Assembly: GCA_012295275.1 (NCBI GenBank)
Contig: CM022670.1
Location: 17,980,001 to 18,044,000 of the forward strand
DNA: 64,000 bases
Direction: 5' to 3'
Source of the DNA: Chrysomallon squamiferum
Lineage: Eukaryota; Animalia; Mollusca
Shown: piece after piece, positions 33,149 to 45,424 of the stretch
Numbering within the stretch: position 1 is the first letter of the stretch
Layout of the letters: each line of letters starts with the position of its first letter
The notes under the pieces: generated by a model
Databases searched by the model: none
The model's input: only the letters and a program-made list of their open reading frames with translations
Told to the model about the DNA's origin: nothing
Made by a program: the position numbers and the translations under genes

Positions 33149-33182
<34 letters not shown>

Positions 33183-33268
33183 ACCCCCAAAACCCACCCA
33201 GAACAAATAAACGGACACAACAACAATAAAAAATCCCATCCAACCAACTAACCAAAACAAAGAAACGA

Positions 33269-33311
<43 letters not shown>

Positions 33312-34059
33312 ATGTGGAATGGAAAAGATTGGTAGGCTTCTAAATGAATGCTTATGAAAATATACTATATGTCGTATAAAATCGCTAACAGTTTAATAAC
33401 TATCGCTCACATTTCTTAAATGAAAATGAAGTCTGGTTTGTCGAACCTAAACATATTTTCCTTGTGGAATTAGAGTGTAATTTTATAACGATAGACCAAA
33501 AAAGGACATATTATTAAAAAAAAATGTCCTATAAAGGCTATTTCTACCAAAATATATCAATACATCTTTTACAAACAAATAAATAAATAAATAATACACT
33601 GTGCTTCTTTAATCGGATATTTCCATTACATCCAGTAAACGTTTGTTTACGTATGCGTATCAAATTATGTGGAAACAGGCGTGATTGTTCCCATTATTTG
33701 TTATTTTATTTCTTTATAGACACTAATTAAATCTTGAAATTTGTATCAAACACAAATTTTACTTCCTCTTTTCTAAAATCCATGATTCAGTTATCTGACT
33801 TAAACGTCATCAGAGTCTGGTGTTAAAAAGACGAAATTTAACTTAAAAATACCTAGTTTTAAATAGCTTCAATCATTGACAAATCATTGACAAATAAAAA
33901 AACAAAATGAAAAAAATTATAATCTTTAATTACTGCTGCTGATACGGCTTTTTCAGTTGCTGCTATTACTATCACTGTTCCTACTACTAATGATGCTACT
34001 GCTTTTAAACTGTTTCAAAAAACAAAAGAAATAACTAAAATATTTATTTGAAATAGAAA

Positions 34060-34188
34060 GCATGTAAGTCCGCATTTTAGCCGGTCAATAGGTTCTGAAA
34101 CTCGTTCCTATTCTATTCATTGAAACGAAAGCAAAAAACCTCGATCACATGATCACATCGTATACAAAATGGTGGAAGTGTTTCAGTT
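34060..34188 (+). promoter_or_regulatory. ATG4 proximal promoter with M-box/CLEAR-like element
   Basis: Locally CpG-enriched. TCACATGA at 34145-34152 and YY1-like CAAAATGG at 34165-34172, directly upstream of the ATG. Confidence 0.5.
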
Positions 34189-34939
34189 ATGTTTACTGTT
34201 CGTGAAACTATGACTTATTCGGATGCAAGTATTATGCATCGTGGTATCGGGAAAGCGAGTACATCGGATAATATCCTTCGGAACGAACATGACGACACAT
34301 TCTCTTTAGATTCATGGTCCGATGCACTCGATTCAATGAATGAACAGCCGTTAACTTCTGGACAGACGTCGGCAAAATCAGCTACTGGATATCGGGGTCA
34401 TGAGGAAACAAATACTCAAGGAAGAAAATTTCCAAATATGCCCTTTAACTTTAAAAAACCTTCGCAGCATTACATATCAGATGGTAAACAAGGCTTATTT
34501 GGTAACATAAATATTTTAAAAAAATCTAGAGATGTGAAAGAAAGTGTCCCGATTGTACCCATCACAAAAACAGTTCCGTTCACTTCGAGTTCTCGGATTT
34601 CTGACCAGTTTTCAATAAACGGGGAAGCAGATGATTCAGACTCTCATATGAAATCTCAAAGTAGAAGAATTTCAAACGATAGGGGTTCTTGTAGTGTTGA
34701 TCAACATCCTACACGTCGTAGATCAAAACATCTGTTGTTACCGCAGGACGTGCCTCACACTTCCTCCGATTTCTGTTATAATGATAAACATGTTGACAGT
34801 CGGAGATTAATGGGTCAACATACTCGACTCAGAACTGACGAAACGAGTCGAGACCAGATAGTCGATGGAGAAAAAGTGAAAACAAAATTAATGTCAGCTT
34901 GGAATAATATGAAATATGGTATGAATGAATGTTGATTTA

Positions 34940-34983
<44 letters not shown>

Positions 34984-36691
34984 AAGTACAGTATTGTCTA
35001 CTTGATATAATTATATTGGATATATAATGATATATTAAATTGTCACCCTTAAACTTATTTGTGAGTATTGTCAGTATTTCAGAACACAGTTAAATTCTGA
35101 ATAATAATTGTTGGAATACATTGGAAGTCATTAACTTAATTTCTTTTATTTTGTATATTTTGTTTGTTTTATTTATAAAGATGACAGTGTGGCATTACAA
35201 AATAGTTTCCCAATCAAAAACAAAAACAACAAAAACATGACTATATCTATTAGTAAGTCTTTCAATTAATAAATTTCCTATTTGACTTCAGGGCAGTTTT
35301 ACAAATTTTTATCTACATCTTAATGAATTAAAATCTTTAAAATTATTCTGTTTTTCAGGTTGGACACTGAAGACCAAAACTAATTTTAGATATGATAGCC
35401 CAATATACCTTCTAGGCCGGTTGTATCACCGAGATCGCCAGGCTGAAGGTATTGTTTGTAAAAATAAAAGTAATTATACAGTCAAACTTTGATAATTTGA
35501 GCTGGAAGGGATCAGCTCAAACAGCTAGAGTATTAAAATTTTAAATATTTAGTGCAGTTCCATCGGATGAGTAATGTACATTTCATATTTCAAGAAACAC
35601 GTTTTTTTTGTAAACTTAGTAAATAACAAAATAAATAAAAGACACAACTCAAATTAATTTGATATAAATATGTAAATGATGTATATACATAAATTATGTA
35701 GATATATATGAAAATGTATTTATTGATAAATAAAACAGCAAAACCAAAGATGCATCCAAGTACATTACCAGAAACATAAACTAAAACCATAACAGGAAAT
35801 AAATTTATGTATTTTCAGTTTCTAAACTTGACAGAACATAATCAGTCCCTAGACAAAACTATTTTAAATCACAAACATTCTACAAAGAAAACCTCTATAA
35901 ATTAGCAATTTGCTACGTCTACTTTCAAATATTATTTCTGCTATAAATATGACAATTAATAAACATTAATATATCATTATTTAAAAAAAATAAGTTAGTA
36001 ATAAAGACTGTTTTAATGTTTGCATGGTTTTCTAAAGAAATCATCTTTAATTACAATGTCTGTAATTTCATACAAATTTCTTAACATTTGGTGAGACTGT
36101 TAACAGTTCAACAGATGTTCAAACATTAAGTAGCATTTAAATAGCAAATAGCATGTTTGACATGATACACTCATATGTAAACAAAACAAACATCGGCCAG
36201 TGAACTTTATCACTCAACTACAGAAGTTCTTGATGTGTGTCTGCAATGAGGTGTTGCGTAAAGATACTGTGAAAAACACAGATGATGGTTGTGGGCATAT
36301 TTCTTTCCACTTAATCAGTGACACATGGTTCTGTATTTACCAAGGGACACAACAGCTTGACCATTCCAGCACTTTGAGTTTTCAAACACTAATTTCTGTT
36401 AGATCAGTTGTTTGGGATCGTAAACAACTTTGAGTAAATGGAGTTTTCAACATGTTGATTTTGATTATTTGAAGGTCATTATTATTAATTATTATTAATT
36501 TATGTAGGAGCTCAGCCAGGACTGGACTTTCAGCTCAAGAAATTGAGATTCTTGATAAAGAGACATTTAAGTTTGATTGTAATTTATATATGTTTATAGA
36601 CGTAGGTTTTTTAAAGTGTTTTTTCTTACTCTTTGATTTGATGTTATTATTACTATTATTATCAATTATTATTATATTATTATTGTTGTTG

Positions 36692-36723
<32 letters not shown>

Positions 36724-38122
36724 TGCAGAAAGAGATCCTATTGATGATGAAAGAAATCAACTAAAGAATGTTAGCGATTTTTATAAAGACTACTCTAGTC
36801 GGATCTGGTTTACTTATCGACGTGAATTCTCTCCCCTGGCTGGTACCAAAATGACCACTGACTGTGGGTGGGGCTGCATGCTTCGTAGTTGTCAGATGAT
36901 GATAGCTCAGGCCTTTGTCCTTCACTTCCTAGGAAGAGGTATGTATTTAATTAATGTCTCACATACTTCATTAATTGTGTCCCTCTAGACAGAATCAGGG
37001 ATGAAGTAACATTCTGGGGAATTGCAAATATTCAGAAAACCTTTTTATGTCACTCCATAACCTGTGTGTTTGCAAAGATATGGACTGTTATATATTGGCA
37101 ATCTTGAAAAATTCTGTGCAAATTTGACTAACAAATTCAAGGTGGGTTTCAGAAAAATCTTTCAAAAACATCTTTAGCATTTCAGATACTTTTTTTTTTT
37201 TTTTAATTATGGAGTAATAAATTATTAGTTAACATTTTATGAAACCTTTTGCACTGTAAAATATTTTTCAGTGCTTCAGAAAAAAATGTCCAAACAGAAT
37301 ATAAACAGTTTTTCCATATAATTTTCTTTTTCAAAAGATTATTAGCATTTTTTCCATATAATTCCTATAAGTTTCAAAATGCACTTTGTATTATTACTAG
37401 CATTTTATGTTTTATTTAAGAGTGGCGACTGTTTGACCACCAAACCACAGAGCAGAACACATTTTATCACGAGATCATTCGCTGGTTTGGTGATCACGAA
37501 TCAGACAACGTGCCATTCTCTCTACACAAACTTGTCAACATCGGCTTCAGATTAGGAAAGAGTCCAGGTGACTGGTACGGCCCTTCCTCAGTGTCTTTTA
37601 TATTTAGGTAAGTAATCCCTTTTTTTAAATTTTATTTTATTATTTATTTAATTATTTACTTATTCATTGTTTGTTTGTGTAATGCCTGGATTCATATGTG
37701 GCACACTAGGAATACATGAATCCGGTTTTTGAAGAACAATACATTACTTTATTCTTACGGTCAGACCAATAGTAGTATCTGCCTCAATCATTATCACAGA
37801 TATTACTAAATAGATTATCCAACTGTTTATTTAAACAACGATAAACAAAATAAGTTAAATTAAATGATAAAATCAAAAAACAAAAAGAGTAATAAAGTAA
37901 AAAAAATATATTTTACTTTACTCTTATGGTCATGATATCAATAGCAGTATCTGCTTCAATCATTATCACATATATTACTAAATATATTATCTACTGTTTA
38001 ATTAAACAAAGATAAACAAAATAAAGTAAAAAAAGTAAAAAATAATACAACTACATATTTTAGATTTTAGATTTAATAATGCATATATCTGATATATTTT
38101 TTCATGTCTGAAAGGGAAATTT

Positions 38123-38154
<32 letters not shown>

Positions 38155-41100
38155 ACATATTCAGATGAAAATTTTAATATTAATTTCAGTTTTCATCACG
38201 AGAACAAAGTTAAGTTTTGGTGTACTAATTATATAAATAATTATTTCAGAGATGCACTAATAAAAGCAGAACAGTCACTGCCTGTTCTGAGTAACATTTG
38301 TCTGTATGTAGCCCACGACTGCACAGGTATGTGTTAAAACTATTAGTTACACCTATAAATACATTATTAAAAGAAATAAAAACATATACCTGGTGTATGT
38401 GTGTGTGTTTCTGTAAGTTCTTTGAAGTGACAGTAAGGAAATGCAATTCTTGTGAATGGTTATGTAAAGAGTTTCAACATTATTTATTATCTGCATTTGG
38501 AACACAGCTTTTTGTGCCTTTTAATTTGTTATATATTTCTACTGCATTCTGCTCTATACTATTATTCTACAGTTTATGAGAAAAAAAATCAATGTCATTA
38601 TTTCAAATACTGAATATAAGTTGTTTGTGACAATAATGTTTTATAGCCCTTATTTGAAGTATTTAAATGAGCATGTATTTTGACTGGATTGGTCTGCTGC
38701 TAATGACTCTATCAGTGAATCATTTTTGAAGTTCAAGTAAGGCTATTTAGGCTTGAGTTTTAAATGAAAAATGTAAAAAGTCTGTGAAGGCTGAGTAGCC
38801 TTTTAGAATAAACAAAAAACCCCACTCATTTATATCTGTAATAAATGATGTTATCGTCTCTCTCTCTCTTACTCTAAATACAAGTTTTAATGTTTTGATT
38901 CAGTCTACATTGAGGATGTTATAGACCTGTGCACAGCTAACAGAAAATCAAGCCTAACATCCAGCACTTCATCTGACACCTCAGAAACGAAACCAGCCAC
39001 CACATCTACACAGACTGAGTGGAAACGAGCTGTTATTATTTTAATTCCTATGCGACTCGGAGGAGAGTCACTCAATGAGATCTATATTCCCTGTGTACAG
39101 AATATGCTCAGTCATGAGAACTGCATTGGAGTTATAGGAGGAAAGCCAAAACATTCCATGTATTTTGTAGGCTTCCAAGGTAAACAAAGACACAAAAAAT
39201 TTCAGTATGCATAGCGTATATGTGAACAAATGAAAACTTTAATGACCAGAAACATACACTTAGGTTTTAGGCCAAAAAAATATTAGAATATTTTGTTAGA
39301 ATCCAAAGTAAACATTTGAAAGCATTAATATTTTGTAGTCTTCCTTGATAACATTATTTAAGTAATTTATAGTCTTCTTATAAAAGCAATAAAAAACATA
39401 AAAATATTGTAGTCGTTCAGGGCCGTCATCTCATAACGTAAAATATTGTCTTCCTGTGTAAACAATGGAACACATTTAAGTATTTTGTTTGTTTTCTGGG
39501 TAAACAATTAAAACATTTAAATATTTTATGGTCTTCCTGTACAAACAAATAAATAGTTGAGAACACAACTTGAATTTAGAAGACTTTTAAGACAAGCAGT
39601 TAAGAATATAACAATATATTATATAAGTTTTAACAAGTTTAAGAATGTCAGTGTAGATAAAGTAGAGAACATACAGTATACCTAGTGTTTAACTTAATTT
39701 TGAAATTAAAAAAAATACACATAAAAATAATTTTATAATGTTATTTTAAACCTCCCTCCCTCCCAGACAGATGATACAGAGTTTGATTTTGTGTTTTCCA
39801 GAAGATAAACTCATCTACATGGACCCACACTATTGTCAGGACATAGTCAATACTTCAGAGCAAGATTTTCCTGTTCAGGTCAGTTATGTCGAAATATATA
39901 ATTTGGTGATAAATAGTTTAAATATTTTCTGCTTACTTCCATCTTATATTTTATTTGTGTTAACAAAATTTCACAACAAAAGAATAAAGTTTAAAGATAT
40001 CAGGATGACAGCATTTTTCTTAGTTGTGACATCACTGCATACAGGGCAAACTGATTTGGTTTCAGGTTTCAGTTTAGGGTCATTCCATGGTAAGGATTTC
40101 ACATTTTCACTTTTTAATATCAGTTTTCATAGTGAGAATAAATACAGCTACTCTGTTATACCAGCAGTTCCATTTGTTCTATTCATGTGTATTTTAATAG
40201 TATTATTTTCTTGTCATACTTTGTTTTGCACAATAATACTCTGCCCATAAGAGTAAAATAATAACTTGGAAGCATAAAGAACTTTTTTTAAATCATTCTT
40301 TCCTACCACCATAGGTGCACTGTAAATAATTATTAATGTGTGTGTGAACCAGACCTTATTACTTCACATTTTTTACATAACAGAGTTATATCTGTATATT
40401 TTAAATCTTTTTTTTTTAAAATTTATTTTATTATTAAATTTCAGACATTCCGATGTGTGTCTCCACGTAAGTTACCATTTTCTAAAATGGATCCAAGTTG
40501 CACTGTTGGATTCTACTGTAAGACGTATGAAGATTTCATGAAGTTTAAGGATGAAGCTCAGAAGGTTTGTTACTTCTTGCTGATGTGATAACTACTCTTA
40601 TACTACTAGAACTACCCTTATAACTTCTACTACTACTAGTAATATAAACATGAACATTTGCTACATGATACTTCCACCCTTTTTAAAACTAATAGTTTGT
40701 AAGCCTGAAAATATACTTTCAAAGACATTAAAAGAAATATAATTTTCCACTGAAACGACAACTGATGTATAAAATGTATTTGGTATGTGCTGTTCTGACT
40801 TTTGTCTGTAGGAAAATGTGCAGAAAAAATATTGTGCTTCAAAGAAATGGTATGTGTTGTTGTTTTTTCAGAGTTTATATATAAAAACATAGATAGTTAC
40901 ATATTTATTTATTAATTAAGAATAACATAATTAATTAATTCTTTTGTTTATTTTAATTTTTAGTTTGTGGCTCCTCCCAAACAGAAAGGCCAGTATCCAC
41001 TGTTCATATTCTCAGAAGGGCGGGGCACCGATGTGTCTCATGATTCTTACCAGCACAAAGAGAAAGGACTTCTAAAAATAAAACACTACAAGATGCACAA

Positions 41101-41155
41101 AGACACCAGAGTCAGATCAGCTACCATAGAGTCTGAGGAATTTGTCATCTTGTGA
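34189..41155 (+). CDS. ATG4D: Cysteine protease ATG4 (C/D subfamily, peptidase C54), ~652 aa, 9 exons
   Basis: Exons 34189-34918, 35359-35448, 36729-36938, 37421-37607, 38250-38326, 38904-39179, 39802-39878, 40445-40564 and 40964-41155 sum to 1959 nt. Motifs: AWNNMKYGW (C/D-specific), [20 protein letters not shown] (catalytic Cys), [27 protein letters not shown] (Asp/His), [11 protein letters not shown], and C-terminal LIR EEFVIL*. Confidence 0.95.
37743..38030 (+). repeat. Diverged tandem duplication (~120-bp core, ~170-bp period) in ATG4 intron 4
   Basis: TACTTTA.TCTTA.GGTCA...CAATAG.AGTATCTGC.TCAATCATTATCACA.ATATTACTAAATA.ATTATC is present twice. Confidence 0.8.
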
Positions 41156-41793
41156 TGACAAGTGAATTTTTAAACAAGTGTTTTTTTTTTTATTCACTGT
41201 TCATGTATGAAACATAACAACTCTGAGACAAGAGTTTTATCAGAACTCAGCCAAAACTGTTGAAAATACAATATCATGATATTTGTAAATAATTTTTATA
41301 TGAATTTGAACAGACAGTTAAAAATTATATTAACCACCCCCCCCCAAACAAATTTTGATTATGTTTGTCTGGGTATTAGAAACAACTTTTATCAGTCGCA
41401 AACAGCATCAATGAAGATGCATTTTCTTGAATTTATTGTTATTGTAAGTCAACTGGAAAGGTATTTAATGCTCATATAATCACGTTCACTGAAAACTGTA
41501 ACAAGCAGATGTGAATTAGAAGCTCAAAGGAACCTTTATGAACTCATCATATGTTCTTTGTATTGGACTACAAGAACCATTTTTATGATGGAAACAATAA
41601 CAAAGATCCATGTTTCAGAATTAAAAGTATTTTTTAAAAACCAGATCCTGAACATGGACCTGCTTATTACATTAAATCATTTTGCTGATCATCACTGTAG
41701 TCCTATGATAGGAAGTTAATTGCATTATGAATCCGAGAATGTTGCATCAAGATCTACTTTATGTATGGTATTATGGGACATGGTAGAGAATGA

Positions 41794-41920
41794 GAATTAG
41801 GTCACACAACTCAGAAGATTTTGTGAATTAGGTCAAAAGAGTCACCAGTTTTTGTGAATTAGGCCAAATGAGTCATCTATTTTTGTGAAGTAGGTCAAAT
41901 TATTCATCAGTTTTGGTGAA
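41794..41920 (+). repeat. Minisatellite, 4 x 31 bp, in the probable ATG4 3' UTR
   Basis: Units GAATTAGGTCA...TTTTGT, GAATTAGGTCA..., GAATTAGGCCA..., GAAGTAGGTCA... at 31-bp spacing. Confidence 0.8.
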
Positions 41921-44900
41921 ATAAACTGTCCCAGTAATATGTTAAAGAATTTAAATTTTTGGATTCAAAAGAAAAAAACAAAAAAAAAAAAACTAAATTT
42001 GTGTTTATTTAATATTTGTTTAATACTTGATTTTTAAGCAATTTTTGTTTTATTAGCCTAGTAACAATTTAACTAAAACCAGGAATTTTCATGGAGACAA
42101 AATAAATTCGTATTGCATTCATAAAATAAAGTCAGAAAATAATTGTGAAGAAAAACTGAGGTAAAAAATGTAAAAGTGGAGATATGATCTAATATTAATA
42201 TTGTACAGTATATGTATTTTATTTGTCCCACTCTCACTATTTACAATATTAAATAATATTTGTTAAGTAGTGTAAATAAATAAGGAAAATTTAATTTATT
42301 ATTTTTTTACTTTTTATATGTAACCACATACTTACCTTTTTATCTTCATATTTTCATCCTTGTTTTACATTATAGATATGTTGTGATATTTTTAAAAAGT
42401 TGTACTTATTTAGAGACAAAAAAAGTCATTTACTGAACTGATTTTAATTTTTATATTTAGTTGTGCTGAACATACTGTTCAGAGTTCACTGATTTATTTA
42501 TAATTAGTTATGTAGAAGACAGTATAATGATATCGGTGGCCTAATGAAATAAAAAGGTCGTGTATGGTTTATACATCTTCCACTAAAAACAAAAACACAA
42601 TGAAAATGTAATGAATTTATGTATGGGGAAATGGATTATGTCTTCCATATATTACACATTAAGTTAATTGGATTGCTGACATCCAGTTAAACAGAAAACA
42701 ATATACTGGGATGAATAAAAAAAATAAAAAATAAAAATGATGAAATTTGGTTTATGTCTTTATCAAAACAAAATGTAACACTATAATGGATGTTATGACT
42801 ACAGTAAATACTGGGTCATTACAAAGTCTTTGTTCAATAATAAATTTTCTGTACACAATAAAATCAGTATAAATAAAGAGAAGGGAAAATAATATGCTAT
42901 AGTTTTACATTTGTAGCTGATATTTAAAATGTTCTGCCTGCCCATTGCTGTTACTGTGTACAAATATATTAATACTGTGCCATTTAATAATGTACAAATT
43001 ATATTAATGTTATACGATTTATTTTTGATAATACCATGGACCACTCTTAGTATGTATTGACCATATTAATTACATTTCTAATTTTCATTACTGTTTGGAA
43101 AATTTATGAAAATTTAAAAGTGCATAAGGACTTCATAACAAAGTGTATTAACATATCCATGTATTATACACAAACTGAATGGTTAAATGAGTTTTTAAAA
43201 AGAATTATTAATTTTACTTAAAAACGTTTTTATTTTTAGTTACTAGTAATGGATTTTGTACATAGAAAATAGTTTCATTATAAATTATATCACTACCTTG
43301 ATTAAATATATATATATTTTTTTAAATTTTACTAGCAACCTTTGATTAACAAAAATGTTAACAGGTCGTATTATATTTTATTTTAATCAGAACACCAATA
43401 ACCAGTCATTTTCACAAACATTTAGAAGATATCATTCTAAATGTGTCTTACAAAATGAAATTCATTTTATTAATATAAAAAAAATAGTATATCATGATTT
43501 TTTTTTTTTTTTTTTTTTAAATCAAAATGAGAACTGGAACAGAAGTTAAATGTTTTTGTACATCGTTTTGAGGAAAGGGGGATTCATTGTGAAAATAGAG
43601 GTTTTCATTTTTAAATTTGTGGTAGAATTTCATGGTCACTCATTATTTTGCTGTGTGTACTGAAATAAAGAGGTGAAGCAAAGTTTTTTTTACTTTATTC
43701 CCTTTTTGGTTCTACATCTGCATTTAAATGTTGGTCCTTCCATATTTTTTTATTTTTATTTTTTTTAAATATTTAATTTTTTTTTTTTTTTTTTTTGTAT
43801 CAAGAAAGGTCTTAAACTAGCATGATCTAATCCATTTCTTTTTAAATAATTGATGTTGAACTTACTAAAGTATATATAAAATAATACCAGATTGTTGATG
43901 GTACATTTAAAAACGATACACATGGTCAGATTGTTCTGGTAGTGGTAGATCTTATCAACTATTAAATCCAAACTCTTTTTTAAAACTTATTTCACTGAAT
44001 TAGATCACTGATTGTCTGTTCTTCAAACAGGAAGGTGACAATAGCAAATTCTGACTGCTTGAAACAAGAAATGTATCTGATTTAAAAATACTAATATTGA
44101 GATTTCTCCAGTTTTATGTTACCTCTTTATTGATGTGCTCAACACAAAACAGTGAAATTACAATAGGCAGTTTTATCATGTATAATATTGTTTGTAAAAA
44201 TGTCCAAATATTTATAATTCTGTACATAGAGATTGTTTTTAAATTGGTGTTTCTTCAAAACTACATTATTTGAAAAACATTTTTATTCTGTGATAATTAA
44301 AATTAAAATACATACTTACGAACTGAATAATTTGTTTTTCAGTTAATTGTTATTGTTATAATTATATTTAATGCGATGTGTATATGTTAAAAAATTAAAG
44401 GTATTTGTTTAATAATTGTGTGAAATAAATATGACCTTAAATGGGTAAAGTGGATTTTACGTTGTAATTATTAACTATACAGAGTTTTGGGGGAAAAAAA
44501 AAAAAAATTTTTTTTTTTTTTTTTTTTTTAATGAAACCAAAAAAAGAAAACGATTTATAATCCATTATAACTAAAAAATTTAGACATAACCCATGCAACC
44601 CGTAATTTAATTTCAGATGAGAAATATATCGGATATGGCAATAACAAATAAGGAAAAATGGCTCTATGGTTAAAATTAAGAGAAAAGCAGTTTATTTCTC
44701 TAAACCATAAACTGGATCATTGTTAGCTTGGCTCGTATTATAGTGCATCTAATACCTGTTACTGCGTTTTCTGATCTGTTAGGTTCTGTTTATATTATTA
44801 ACTTAAATTTTGTAAGCTTACTCGGTATTTATTTTGCTGATAATAATATTAAGTTCTTAACTGAAGAATTAAATGGCATTTTCATTATCCGTACTAATGT

Positions 44901-45221
44901 TTTGAATTTTTAAAATTCGATCTCTTATTCAACTGAAATGATGAAACGTACTGAAATCTTCACTTGCGTAAGTTCTTAACTTTGTTTCTTTATATTTAAA
45001 TCCTGCCAGATTTTTAATTTAACAGTCCAGTTTACCTTAATTATTTGTAGTGTCTCCGTACCAGATGGTTTGTTACGCAAAATCCAGATACTGTTATGTA
45101 CAGTAACATCAATGGTTTCATTAATAAAAATGACTCTTTCACGCGATATCGGTATAAATTCTTGGTCTGTTATTAAATAAAGATTGCCAGATCACATATT
45201 CTAAAATACCCCTATAACAAG

Positions 45222-45255
<34 letters not shown>

Positions 45256-45391
45256 AAGAAAATCAAATCAAATTAAAATAAAAATAATTATAAAATAAAA
45301 AATAAATATAACATTCTATTGCTTTGTAACGGCGATGTGTCTGTGACTTTCAGGAATCCTAACTCAGCTTTGTACAAATTCTGCACGATTT

Positions 45392-45424
<33 letters not shown>

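Noticed and set aside
41794-41920. CRISPR-like repeat-spacer appearance
   Set aside because: The period is only 31 bp and the variable parts are homologous to each other, so it is a minisatellite.
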